64,000 bases of DNA from Batkoa obscura (lineage: Eukaryota): contig JASVEC010000015.1 in assembly GCA_030770535.1 (NCBI GenBank), positions 124,001 to 188,000 of the forward strand, written 5' to 3'. Below are positions 18,032-29,982 of this stretch, one piece after another. Positions within the stretch are counted from its first letter, which is position 1, and each line of letters begins with the position of its first letter. A program made the position numbers and the translations under genes. The notes under the pieces are model-generated. The model was not told the origin of the DNA, ran no database searches, and saw only the letters and a program-made list of their open reading frames with translations.

Positions 18032-18238
18032 AACTCATATATATGAATTTCGAAATAAAATCCATCTGAGAACCTGGCTATCTTTAATAATTAATATGAG
18101 CACTAGTCTCGATTTGATCAATAACTGTTTATTTTATAGCAGCAGTAAAATCTCTGCTTTTATTTTTAAAATATAAAAAAATAAGCCAAATAAAAAGGAT
18201 AAGTTTATTACTATTGTTGAGACTACCTCAGAATCCTA

Positions 18239-18454
18239 TTGGAGGCTGACCAATTATCCAATATGATATCCAAAAAGATATTTGAGTACTTATATCCATT
18301 TGAGGTATTTAACGTATGCTTTTTAAGACAATACCTGCTTAAAATCGCATCTAGAGATATTAAATACAGTTTAATTCATTCAGCTTGTAACGAACATCAA
18401 TCTGAAAGATTTATAAGCTATACTGTTTCTAAAATAAGATATAAAGAGTATTAA
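18239..18454 (+). pseudogene. Possible F-box gene remnant
   Basis: DQLSNMISKKIFEYLYPFEVFNV loosely fits the F-box pattern LPxEIxxxIFxYL; no long ORF. Confidence 0.3.
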
Positions 18455-19008
18455 GAAAATTCCATTGGATAAAGTGTAGTATTAATAAAACATATTAACA
18501 TCAGTGCTACAGAAATAATAAAGTTATTGACTATTTAAATTACTGCCCAGATATTAGATTCTTACATTGAATAATTGACTCTATTTATTGCAAGGACATT
18601 ATTATCAATGATAATTCTATCCAAATACAAAATTACCAAAACTAAAGAAGATGAAGTTAAACTGCTCTAGCCAAGCCCGGTTATTAAATTAGTTTAATGA
18701 TTATTTAAATCAGCTCAGAGCCTTTGAACATTGAAGCGATAATATATCAATTGAAGACACAGCTGAGCAGTTAAATTCAAACAAATCGAGAATGCTTAAA
18801 ATAGACTGCTGCAGTAGTTTATATTACAATGGGCTCGATATTACTAGGAGGGAATTTAAAAAACCAAAAGTAACAAATTTGATAAGTTTTAAAACTGTTG
18901 CTTTTCATAATGAAAATAATTCAATGTAAACATAAAACAAATTAAAGTAGATTGTTTTACTGCATATAATATTTTCTCTGCCTTTTGTTTCTTTCTAAAT
19001 CTCCAAAT

Positions 19009-19107
19009 GGCAATGTATTTTTATGTTTAAGAATTTCACTACCAATTTTTCTGTTCAAATAGCACTTAAAAGATGGAAAAAGTGATAAAGCCAAAAAAAA
19101 CGTCTCT
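19009..19107 (+). mobile_element. MITE copy 3 (diverged), at the left edge of the viral island
   Basis: Core sequence conserved, ends decayed, flanks AAAT/GAAT. Confidence 0.8.
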
Positions 19108-19129
19108 GAATACTATTATCAAAACAGTT

Positions 19130-20142
19130 GTAGTTATAAAAAAGGTTTCAAATATTAGTTGTAGCCTTGATACTCCACCATTGCTATTCATACCTATCAT
19201 ATACTTTAAAAAAGATACGCTCCAGCATAAATGTTTAAAAAAAATATATTATACTCATTCTGTGTTACTGACTGCCGTATGTAATGAGAGCTGTTTAACC
19301 TTCTTGAAGCCTCTTTGAGTGATTTGCTTATGCCCTCAAGACCCCGATCAAGCTTTCGCTGAATGTATCCTATGTTTATAATACTCTGTTTCGCGGATCT
19401 TAAATGGATATAGAATTCATATGGATCTAAACCCGATAAATAAGGATTGTAACACATGCCAGTGATCTTACTACCTGACATCTGTACCCCCACAGATTCT
19501 ATTATCTGCTTAATGTTAGACTCATTTCCTTTAGTACCACTATCCACTAACAGCTTATATATATCCGCAAAGTTATCATAATTCATGTCATAGGATCTAG
19601 GAGATAGTCCATGACACAAGTACTCCTCTAAAATGTAGTCCTTAATATTATTGATTAGATCTTTACCAAACAATTCTTTATGACTGTTATGATTGACCAG
19701 TAGTAGGTGCCATTAAGGTTCTGACCTCATCTATGTATTGTTTTATCTTTGTAACAAAGATATTCATCTCATCCCCATCAAAGTCGGCATTGAATATTTT
19801 GCATAACTTCGGGTGAAGTTCGATTGTTTTATTCTTATGAAAATAAACTTTAAGATCTAATATAGATCCTCTGGTCGAAATAGGCTGGGGGTTGGCTATG
19901 ACATAATCCTTATCCTTAAGCTTCAGCACTTCTTTAAAAGATTTGGGAAGGCCAATATAAGTCTTATCGTGTTCTATACCTGGAAGTATGACTGCACGTC
20001 CACAATAACTAACCCTATTGCTTGGACAATAATTTCTATATATACCTTCTTTGCCTTTTACTTTGTAAGAAGTAATGCCCATACCTAGATGGTAGCTGTT
20101 ATTGTTTAAGAATTTGTCATTTAGCTTCTCTAGCTTATACAT
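19130..20142 (-). pseudogene. Viral DNA-directed RNA polymerase largest subunit (RPB1/beta'-like), very compact, disrupted
   Basis: KGKEGIYR..RVSYCGRAVI, catalytic FNADFDGDEMN, SGTKGN..NIKQI..VGVQ, GLDPYEFYIH, GYIQRKL, trigger-loop-like SHYIRQSVTQNEYNIF..YAG and GGVSRLQLIFE. Confidence 0.92.
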
Positions 20143-20194
20143 AACAATTGAATTGAATTATATAACCTACAAAAGAAATATTAGTTTCAATAGT

Positions 20195-22500
20195 ATGGAG
20201 GAAGATTGGTATTGTTCATTGAGAAAGCACATCCTTGACAAATTAAATATCCCAAGCAAAGAATATAAGGAATTCAGTAACTACGAAGAAGCAAAGGATT
20301 ATTTATTCGGGAGCTTTACATAGATATGGAGAAATGATATCCAAAACATATTTTATGACGTAATTCATAAAGAGTTGAAGTATTGCAACAATTCCAAAGG
20401 ATATAGTATCTATAGTTTCAATTACAGACCAGATCTCTCAACGAAGGCGTCACAACATGTACAAAATGTCTAAAGTCCAATATTATACAATAATCGATAG
20501 TTTACTGTTCTATGCAAAACATGAAAATGAAGTTGTTTTTGAGTTTAGGCAATATACTTGGAAAGGATATCCACTTAACAACCCTTCCAAAGACATTAAT
20601 ATAGTTGGCAGGATTGTATCTAACAAATCAACCTATGAATTTAAGAACAAAGCTATCTTTATCGATGGTAAAAACATCAGAGATAATTATGATCTTAAAA
20701 ATAACCCATGGTTCAGGAAGAATACACCATCGTATTATAGGATGCTAAATATATGTGGTGAAAATGGAGGTGAGGTGCCATCTCATCTGCTGCTTTACAT
20801 CATATTCAAATTTTCAAATGATATATTTGACGATATACATCACCTTAGATTCAAAAGAGTCTATCGGACAAAAGAACATACTTTATTATCCAAAAGGTCT
20901 TTGGTTGGTATATATGCTCATGTTAACAAGATGAGGATGGACATTGATCCCAACAGTAAAATATTAGCTATAGGAGATGTACATCCATCATATAGAGGCT
21001 TTGTATGTATAACTGACACATAAGATGGTAAGAATATAGGACTTATAAAGGCATTAACCAAAGATATCTTCGTATCCGGTGAACCATACAATTGCTATTA
21101 TAAGGAAGTCATCAATCTATTAAAGGAGTGTATTGTTCAGCTATCATGCAACACCATTGTTGTGTTCTATAATTCAATGGTGGTAGGACACATCCCTTAC
21201 ATGTCATTATCACCACATATTATTGGTATTTTTAATATAATGCTTTTACCCTATGTATCAAAAACAAATATATCGGTGGTTGTTATTACTGATGGGCCAG
21301 AAAGATATACGCGCAAGTTACCCCATGGAAGAATCAAGTTCGTAGATGAGGCTACTGAAGACGATATCAATAAGTTTGATGTTTATAATCCTTTATGTTC
21401 CACCGACAATCTTATATCCTATGTCAATCATAACTGACCAGCGAGGGTTACATTTGGCATCAGTATCCAGAAGCAGGCATTATCTCTGCCGTTCAAGATC
21501 CATGATATTGAATAAATAAGAGAAGATTGATATGTCCCCACATGTTAAGCCCCAACGATCAAGGCGCCATTGACAGGCATATTTCCTTACAATGGGATCA
21601 ACCTTAAATGTAAGATTGCATTCTATAAGAAGCTAAACATAGAAGATGCTATTGTGATGATTGATAAGGCAGCAGAAAGATTCACAAGCTATAGATATCT
21701 ATGTGTCAAGCAAAGCTACGACCATCTTATCAGAACATCATTGAATGAAATGTTCGATGAGAATAATGTGATACGCGTAGGAGATAAAGTAACCAAAGGA
21801 AGCAGTTTGGCCGCCATCTATGTATCAGGTAAAACGCTATGTGTGACAAATATCATTTCAAAGCATTCTGGGGAAGTGACCAATATATCAAATTCAGATA
21901 AAGTATCGGTGATAAGGATAAAATAAAACATACTTATTCAAGTAGGAGATAAAGCTACTTCTCCAGATGCCCAAAAAAGTTTCGTTGGAGCCATTGTAGA
22001 CCATAAGGAACTTTATGATGTGTTCAAAGAATAGGTTGACATTTTTATCAATTCATGTGCCATATCAAGTCGTATGGCCATGGGGCAATTGATGGAAATA
22101 AAAGATAAAACGGTTATTGTTATTACCAAGCACCGAGTCATCAAGTGGGGGACAAGTCGTATACAGTGGCAGAACTAACAAAGAATTACATATCCCATAG
22201 TTTAGTCACAGGAAAGTCTTTTGGAGGAAGCTTTAGATTGTGTGAGATGGAGAAGGACTGTATCATCGCCTATGGGTCAGAACACTCGTTATTAGAACTA
22301 TTTATAAGCAGTTCTGATTTGACAGATGTCTGTGTTTATAAGAGTTGCGATTATTTGATAGCATATAGCAATAACTATCCAGGGCCATGTAAGATATGTG
22401 GTAATGAAACAAAGAAGATATGCTTATCTTATTCATCCAAGATGGCTTCATGGTTTTGACAAAAGATAATACTGGGCTATGTATAAACGAGTTCATCTGA
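20195..22500 (+). pseudogene. Viral RNA polymerase second-largest subunit (RPB2/beta-like), disrupted; first ~260 bp could be a separate ORF
   Basis: VHPSYRGFVCITDT*DGKNIGLIKAL, NHN*PARVTF..QKQA, LNIEDAIVM, VGDKATSPDAQK, INSCAISSRMAMGQL, GGSFRLCEMEKDCIIAYG, C-terminal CKIC. Confidence 0.92.
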
Positions 22501-22529
22501 TTAAAATAAAAAAGACTTAGTAGGATAAG

Positions 22530-23146
22530 ATGAATAACACAATCACATTATTAACCAAAGACATCGATATCACTAAGTTATCTTTAGGGTAGAAAGGAAA
22601 CCCCATCCCCATTGATATAGGTGGCGGTATAGAATACATCGATGTGTTTTATGATAATAAACATCTGATCATCAAAACAGACACACCATGCATTATGAAA
22701 TGTGAATTTCAGGTCTACAATGCTAAAATGGGTTTGTTAAGGATACAGAGAATTAAACAAAGAATCTAAAATTTTCCATTAAAGGTATGGAGCAGATATC
22801 AGAGATAGACAAAAGGGTCCCGGATCTTCTTTTTTCCATTGGATCAAAAGGCAAGGAGATCTACATGAGAATAAGCAATGAATGAATACCCTGTAAACCA
22901 TGTCTTCGTAATGATGAGGTGACAACTAACTTTTATACTCACTCGGAAGATATCTCGTGGAAGGATTGTTTGTCACATACCATCATAGCCATACCAGTAG
23001 TGATATACTAAACTATCATGATAAGAAACTGTCAGGCCACCTCCAGAATGATGCTTTATAGCTGTATTATCAAACTCAATGATGCCAAGTCCGTTTTTGA
23101 TGATGATGAGATACAAAGAGCATTCATGACATTAAATCTCCATTAA
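22530..23146 (+). pseudogene. Probable NCLDV single-stranded DNA-binding protein (DUF2738-like), disrupted
   Basis: Hand translation KDIDITKLSLG*KGNPIPI...IDVFYDNKHLIIKT and AIPVVIY*TIMI...RMMLYSCII resembles the DUF2738 pattern; not in the ORF track. Confidence 0.4.
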
Positions 23147-23216
23147 AAAACATCTTCTAAAACAATATTACTCAGTACTATATAAGTGATTTCATTCTGT
23201 TTTTGAAGATATTTTT

Positions 23217-24019
23217 TTAATAAGCTAAATAAGTTAAGTTAAATAAACCTGAGACAACTCTTCTCTAGATACTTTCTATCATCACCATCGATTCCATTCA
23301 CCTCTCCATCTTTTTTTAGTTTTCGGATACAACTGTAAACCTCCTCTCCAATGATATAAATATGTCCCTTAGCATCGATGTATTTATAATCTTCAAAATG
23401 ACTAATGCCATCCGGTTCAAAAACACTTCTTATGTTACTAATCTTTCGAGTTGCCTCTTTTTATGATACTGCTCAAGTCCTTGGTCGATGTTGCAGTAGT
23501 TAGTGGAGCTATTTCTGGCTTCAGAGTACTTTTTTTGTTTGCTTTATTTATAGAAACACGGCTTTCCTCGTCTTCTGGTATGACCACTGTTCTTTTGTCT
23601 GTGTACCTTCTCCTTCTGATGTGCTACATCCAACTTGAGTGACATGGAATTGAGCACCTGATCTTTTGAGTAGCTTGAGTTGTTTTGCATAATATCATAG
23701 CATTCAGAGATATTTATTTCGATGATCTGATTGATAAGCCTCACGATATCTTGTTATAACATGATGTTTATTTTTTATAATCTTAATTTGCATCAATTTA
23801 TATATTGCTTGTTGGATCTGATCTTAGATGAGAACATATGCCCTCCCTCTCCTCCGGAGTTATACTTATTATATCCCCCGATGATAAGCATTTTGTGTCA
23901 TAGGGATCATTATTATTATACTTAAATATGCTCGGTATCAATATTTCGAATGTATCATCACTATCTATTATCCTCAGCACAAGCTTTCTCCTAAACGCTT
24001 CTTTGATTTCATAGATCAT
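23217..24019 (-). pseudogene. Viral hypothetical gene, disrupted
   Basis: Collinear ORF fragments (23798-24025, 23544-23744) between an upstream ATTGA motif and a downstream inverted repeat. Confidence 0.45.
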
Positions 24020-24068
24020 TATCAATAATTATAGAATATATTATGTCATATAAAATCAATACTTTGAA

Positions 24069-24078
24069 AATTGAAGAT
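24069..24078 (+). promoter_or_regulatory. Candidate viral promoter motif AATTGAAGAT (within AAAATTGA)
   Basis: About 30 nt before ATG 24099; the identical 10-mer precedes two other viral genes. Confidence 0.6.
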
Positions 24079-24098
24079 AAACAACCAATAAGTAAATT

Positions 24099-25948
24099 AT
24101 GGATTATGCACGCTAAAGACGACCTTTCCAACCTACGTCACACTAGTCTTTATGAAAGATGTTGACATAATAACTTATTGGACCATCAAGTGTTCGTTGG
24201 TGAGTATATGAGTAAGTATATGGACAACAATGAGATGCTTGTCTATCACAAAATGAATGGATATAGGTAAAACATTATGTGCGCTCAATGTAGCATTTAA
24301 CAATAACTCAAGTTTGATCATCATCAAGAATGCATTGCTTGTAAAGAATTATATGGACTCCTTGAAAGCTATGAAGCCTACAAATAACCTTAGAATTACC
24401 ACTTACAAGAATTTCAAGGACATGGATGAAGACGTTATCGTTGTTTATGAAACGCACCATTTAAACAATGTAGATAAGAGTGGTGTGCCTATCTATATCA
24501 CGATATTAAGATACATCCAACAGAGACCGAGAACAAAGATTGTATTGATGGCTAAGACACCAATTATAAACTATTGAAAGGATCTGATACCTATCTTGAG
24601 CCTGCTTATGCGATGGGAAGTGTGTAATGTACATGAGTTTGACTTTAGTCTCTTGAGAGGCAAAGTCACAACCAAGACGCTGAGCATCTTCAATAATAGC
24701 ACTGAGCTAGTTTATGAAGATAAGTTGTGTGACATGGATGATTATGAAGATAAAGCAAATGTCAGTAGGAACATCCGCCATGGCATACAAAGACACTCCC
24801 TGAAAAACAAGTACCTTACCCTATTGGATGAAATAACTAAACAGTCTTCTAGAGTGATAGTGTACTGTGAAAACATCAAAGAGGAGGGCCTGGATAAGCT
24901 AGGGTCGTTTATAGATGAACATAATGTGTCCAGCAAGGGCAGAAGTATAAAGTATCTTATATTCACAGGGGAGGATATCAATGATCATAAGTTGCTGAAA
25001 TTTAATTCCGGCAAGGTTGATATGCCACTTGCCAGCTCAGCCATATGTGAAGGCGTATCATTGAAGAACGTGAGGAAGCTTATTATATACACGATGTTCT
25101 GAAACAGTCAGAGTTACAATCAATTAATTGGGAGGATAAAAAGACTCGGTTCGGACGATGAAGTGCATATTGTAAAAGTGGTCCATGCCCTAAGTGTCAC
25201 ACAAAATGTTTTACACATTCCAAATTATGTTTCGAATATAAATGATACCTACCGACCATACGATGATCTAAAAAGTGTTCATCCAGATCGATGGATCAAT
25301 CTATTTAAAAGGAATTGGTGTAAGAAGAAAGACGCGGACATTGATATTTATCTAACCAAGCTCAGAAGTGTATCGATCGATTTGGATGATATCGATAGTC
25401 TAGCAGAGTCAGCTGGTGATGATAGTACCTATAAGATCCATCTGTACAACAAGTATCTATATGATTCGATGCAGCCAATCAATCACTCATCCACAGAAAG
25501 CACCATGAGGTGTTGTAGATGGGTTGCGTTTGATGAATACGATGTGGGGGAGTATATCAAGAACAATATAAGAAGCATAGGGTATATCATCCATGGATGC
25601 TTCAAGGCTCAAGGCTTGACTCATGATGCTCAATTAGATACCTATATCCAAGACAATAAGATCATTATAGATAAGCTTAATGAGTATATCAGTGACAAAA
25701 AGTTACAGTGTCATAAATACAGCATCATAAAATACAGTATCGATGGTAGTGTGAGAATCATAATCAGCGACCTGTTTGATGAGAACAACAACAAGCGAAG
25801 GATATCCCGAGGCGTCTTGTTGGATAAAGCAAAGAAGAAAGATATGGTTAAGGCCATGAGGTTCTATGGGTTTAATTATGATGCAAAGCAATCATGTAAG
25901 GAATTGACAAGTATTATAAAACAAAAAGTGAAACCAATCGTGATATAG
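24099..25948 (+). pseudogene. Vaccinia D6/D11-like SF2 helicase (VETF small subunit / NPH-I family), disrupted
   Basis: LLDHQVFVGEY...MLVYHKM-DIGKT (Q-motif and Walker A), VYETHHL (decayed DExH), LMAKTPIINY, EGVSLKNVR, YNQLIGRIKRLGS (motif VI). Confidence 0.88.
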
Positions 25949-25951
25949 AAT

Positions 25952-27550
25952 ATGGAGGTCTTTATTAAAGAACTATGTCTCCCCATCAAAAAGAATTTGG
26001 AGGAGGATGGGCTTAACGTTGAGGTGGAGGTAAGACTCAGAATGCCCAGACAGGCCCTCGATTCACTCATCAAATACTATTGCTTGGAATATGATAAAGA
26101 GACGGAAGAGAGGTTGCTTTCACTCGCAGTAAATAATATCTTTGTGGAAAGTGATAAACATCTTCCCATGGTCGAAGAAACAATCACAGCCAAATCCTTT
26201 TGAGGGCGCAAAGTATCCTGTTCGCTGGAACCGTTCATGTCAAGAGAGGATATGACTATCGTGCCTTCCGAGCTGATCGTGGTGAGAATGAAGAAGAGAT
26301 ATGTTCGAAGGTATGATGGATATGGTATGATGGATATGGTATGAGGGATATGGTATGATGGCCACTCTTGTGGGATAACAGGTTGAGGTTGAGCTTGAGG
26401 TCACAAATGCATATGCTAGGGACTTCATGCAATCAATGTTCAGTGAGATCAAAAGGCTATCTGAAAGCAGGGCCATACCCAGAGGCGTGACATTCCACCC
26501 CATCAAACCGAGGAATGCTAAGCTATCGGACCTATGGATGATGAGAGAGGGTTATATGTCACTGAAGATCGATCGTGAAAGAGGGATGGTTGTTATTGAT
26601 CGGATAAAAGAATGTTACAAAGTATGGTTCTGTCTCAACCAATCATGGATGGATGTAGATGATGTGAAGCATGATAAAATAGATGTTTTGTTTGATGAGT
26701 ATAGGATAGATAAACTGATTATTGATACAGAAGTGATGGATGAAAGTCATTATTTACTTTATATCACAAACATCCCATCCTCTGCGTTTAAACAGCGCCA
26801 TAAGATACTTTGTGACATCATTGAATGTTTCAACACAGAAGTACAAGGACAGTTTGAGGTGAAGCATCAGGAGTATTTCGATAGTTCTAAGTGTATCAAT
26901 ATCATCTATGACATACTTCAGCTGAAGGAGCCACGTAACGATGGGGTGATTATAACAAGCGCGGGTAAATACCAGAGTAATGTGTTTCGTATCAAAAGAA
27001 TAAATACCATCGATGTGGGATTTGAAGTGAATGATGAATGCTTCTATGTCATGGAAGATTCTTTAAAGAAGGTGCTTCATCCAACACAGAAGCATATGAT
27101 AACATTTAAGAAGTGTTTTGATAAGCTAGAAGAACATCCATCATCATGTGTTTATGAGATTGACCGCCATTTCAAAATAGTAAGGATAAGGCGTGATAAG
27201 CAGTATCCTAATTCATGAGATGCTTATGTGGAGAATACTAGCAAAGATACTATTCTTAAGAAGATATATAGCTATTTCTGGTTTCCCCGATCACAGATCT
27301 CGTTGCAAGCCATCTTTGGTGAAGAGATAAGTAATAATAAATGGATATGTATCAATTCTAAATACTACACGGTCCATCAATCCAGTCATGAAGAGTTCAG
27401 TGCACAGTTTCATGGGTTTAATAAGATAAATGATACATGTTGTAATCCATAGTTTTCAGCGAAGGAGAATGACGTGTTGTGTGAATATCATGATTATAGA
27501 TTGTAATTGATTCATTGGGTCTGGAGATATGGCTAAATATGATATTTTAC
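25952..27550 (+). pseudogene. Viral mRNA capping enzyme (triphosphatase + guanylyltransferase, possible methyltransferase remnant), disrupted
   Basis: EVEVRLR (CYTH-type triphosphatase); GTase motifs SLKIDRER (I), IIDTEV (III), NDGVII (IV), RIKRINTIDV (V), RIRRDKQYPNS (VI). Confidence 0.88.
26310..26361. repeat. 14-bp tandem repeat (GGTATGATGGATAT) x ~3.7 inside the capping-enzyme pseudogene
   Basis: Read directly from the sequence. Confidence 0.9.
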
Positions 27551-27554
27551 ATAT

Positions 27555-29392
27555 GGGGTTGTCTGAATTAGTTTCATTATTTTATCCAATTTAAATATTG
27601 TGTATTTTAGAAACTTAAAAATTCTATAAAATCAAATTTTTTATCAAAACAAAAGTACCCAGACACAGTTCTAAATCATTCTATTATAGTTTATACTATA
27701 AGTTAGCTGGATTTCTAATAGATCTTAAATACATATTCTTATAAAACTTTATTGAGAAATATTTATTATTGACTGCTTTATAACCAATATTTTAGATTTG
27801 TTACCAAATAAATAAACTACTTTAATGTTATGATTACATTATTAATATATTGTCAAGTTAATAGATGGTTGCATGGGAGCGAGTGGTTAGCCCCAAAACT
27901 ATGATTAACCATCCTTATATAGTACAAGTAATATAATATTAGTTTTTACATATTATTACAATTCTTTGTTCTTTGACTATTTATTAACTTAGCTATTAAT
28001 AACTTAAGCAATGTTAACATTTAATAATCTATTTCTATCATTTAACAAACTACTTACTTGCTTAGTAAATATCGAAAATTTTAAATTCTCTGTTATCTTC
28101 GTAAGGTAAGCTGGGATCGATCTTTTAATCCTTGTGTTTTCTATAGACTATATAACTCTAATAACAACGTACTTTATTGCTATGTTTAATAAAGTGTAAA
28201 TACTTCTTAATAGCTTGCATCTCTATTATTATTTTTGTATTTTTGTTTCTCTCATACTTTTTAAAAATTATATCTGTTTTCCCATTATTAACAGTTGAGT
28301 TATTAATTTTATTATGTTCGCAAATAAAAGTCTCAAACCTTGAAATTAATTGATTGATATTTTCTATTTTATCTGATGCTTCAAAACTACTTTTCCATTT
28401 TGAAAGATTTCCAAAATACCCATCAACTATACTTTTTCCATGATGCTCAGCAAAAAATCAAGATCAATATTTAAACTACTGTTTATTTTGTGGATTTGTT
28501 TAAATATATAATGTAGAAACTCTTGGGATCTAAAATGATTTTATGTATCTGCCCATATATTGATTTTTGTAAACTTTTTAAATAAAAGCTCTGTAGAGAT
28601 CAAATCGATTAAACAATCCCCTGCATATGGAGGTGTTTTTTTGTGTTTAAGGATTCTACTAACAGTCTTCCCACTCAAATAGCGTTTAAAAAATGGAAAA
28701 ATAATGAAATTAAAAAATACATCCCCATATGCTGGGATCATGATTTAATATTTCAGATAAATAATGAAAGTAAACTTTGCCTATTGTTTTATCATCTTTT
28801 AAATATAATATACCAAAACCTAATACTGATATAGCTTGTTTATTATAATGATCTAAAGTTATTAAATCTGATCTTGTTCCTATTTCCATATTTTGTTTAA
28901 ATCTAAAATTATTATTATTATCGATAGTAAACTTTGTTAATATATCTTTTCTTTATTTTATTTTATTAGAAAATCTCATAAACCCTGGGTTGTTATAAGT
29001 AGCTGTTAAAATTGATGTAAATAAATTACAATGTTTATATTGTATATTCCTCCCTATTATATTGAAATTTTCAAAAATTCCATTTTGAAGTTTAGTTATG
29101 AAAGTTTGCATTTTATTTTTATTTCTATTTCAACAAAAAATAAAGTTAAATAACCATTTATATAATTATATAATTATATATTATATATTCATTAAATACT
29201 TAACAAAAGCAACATAAAATATATAGTTATAAAAATTGATTATTTAAGAAAAGGAGACAATCAAAATAAGTTTTAAATAAAGAGATTTAATTTTAGGCTT
29301 TTTAGATTTAACCGTCACTAAAGATGCAAATTTAAAAACTTAAAATTTGGATTAATTTCTAAGTAAATTTTGAAGCCAATTCGGACAATCCC
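27555..29392 (-). mobile_element. Decayed Sola-like DNA transposon (~1.8 kb) inserted in the viral element
   Basis: Imperfect 22-bp TIRs GGGGTTGTCTGAATTAGTTTCA / GGGATTGTCCGAATTGGCTTCA, ATAT TSD, minus-strand transposase relics (SEILNHD, INIWADT*NHFRSQE, FFAEHHGKSIVDGYFG), host-like AT richness. Confidence 0.82.
28629..28726 (+). mobile_element. MITE copy 4, nested in the transposase relic
   Basis: GGAGGTGT...ACATCCCC with ATAT TSD. Confidence 0.9.
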
Positions 29393-29449
29393 ATATTATG
29401 AATTGATAATTAATATAATTATAATATTGGTTCCTATCTTTGTTTAACA

Positions 29450-29908
29450 ATGCCTGAATATGTGATTATCTTCGACAATGATCTTATCAAAGATAATATA
29501 GAGAACATAAAACATATAATGCATTCCAATAACGATGTGGAATGTGATTTGGATGACGATTTAACCTATATAACCAACTTTATGTTTAACGATAAAGTCA
29601 TCACTGGATCAAACATAGAAGAGCTAACGGAGTCCATCAATATCGAAGTCACTAAAAAAATATCTGATATGGGAGTTTCTCATGGCCCATGGCACAATAA
29701 TGTGATTTACATAAACAAAGAATTGTATGATAAAGGCCTTGCAGAAGTTATGTCTTCTTACATTAATCAAAACAAAGAGAGAGTATATAGCAGGTTCAAG
29801 TGTGAATACAAAGACATATGGATCATTGTTTTTGATGATACAGCTCCTGCTGTCTTTATGTTTGAGCATGTTCGTGATGGTATGTTAGACACCACCGGTA
29901 TGAATTAG
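29450..29908 (+). CDS. Viral hypothetical protein, 152 aa, uninterrupted
   Basis: ATG-to-stop ORF preceded by AATTGA and followed directly by TAAAAAAGACTT. Confidence 0.7.
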   Translation: MPEYVIIFDNDLIKDNIENIKHIMHSNNDVECDLDDDLTYITNFMFNDKVITGSNIEELTESINIEVTKKISDMGVSHGPWHNNVIYINKELYDKGLAEVMSSYINQNKERVYSRFKCEYKDIWIIVFDDTAPAVFMFEHVRDGMLDTTGMN

Positions 29909-29975
29909 ATTAAAAAAGACTTCTGATCATAAATGAATAACTGTAACTCATAGTTCAGAAGTCTTTTTTAATCTA
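29906..29975. terminator. Perfect 21-bp inverted repeat between convergent viral genes; candidate bidirectional terminator
   Basis: TAGATTAAAAAAGACTTCTGA-N28-TCAGAAGTCTTTTTTAATCTA. Confidence 0.7.
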
Positions 29976-29982
29976 TATTGTT

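Noticed and set aside
19073..19318. Short ORFs starting inside MITEs (also 28643-28834 and 49589-49855)
   Set aside because: They are chance frames running through repeat sequence.
19130..22500. Processed pseudogenes of host Pol II subunits
   Set aside because: They are far too divergent and compact, and are embedded among viral hallmark genes with shared cis motifs.
26310..26361. CRISPR-like array
   Set aside because: It is a simple 14-bp tandem repeat without spacers, in a eukaryotic context.
20195..27452. Alternative genetic code (stop reassignment) explaining the broken viral ORFs
   Set aside because: All three stop codons and several frameshifts interrupt the genes, which fits mutational decay.
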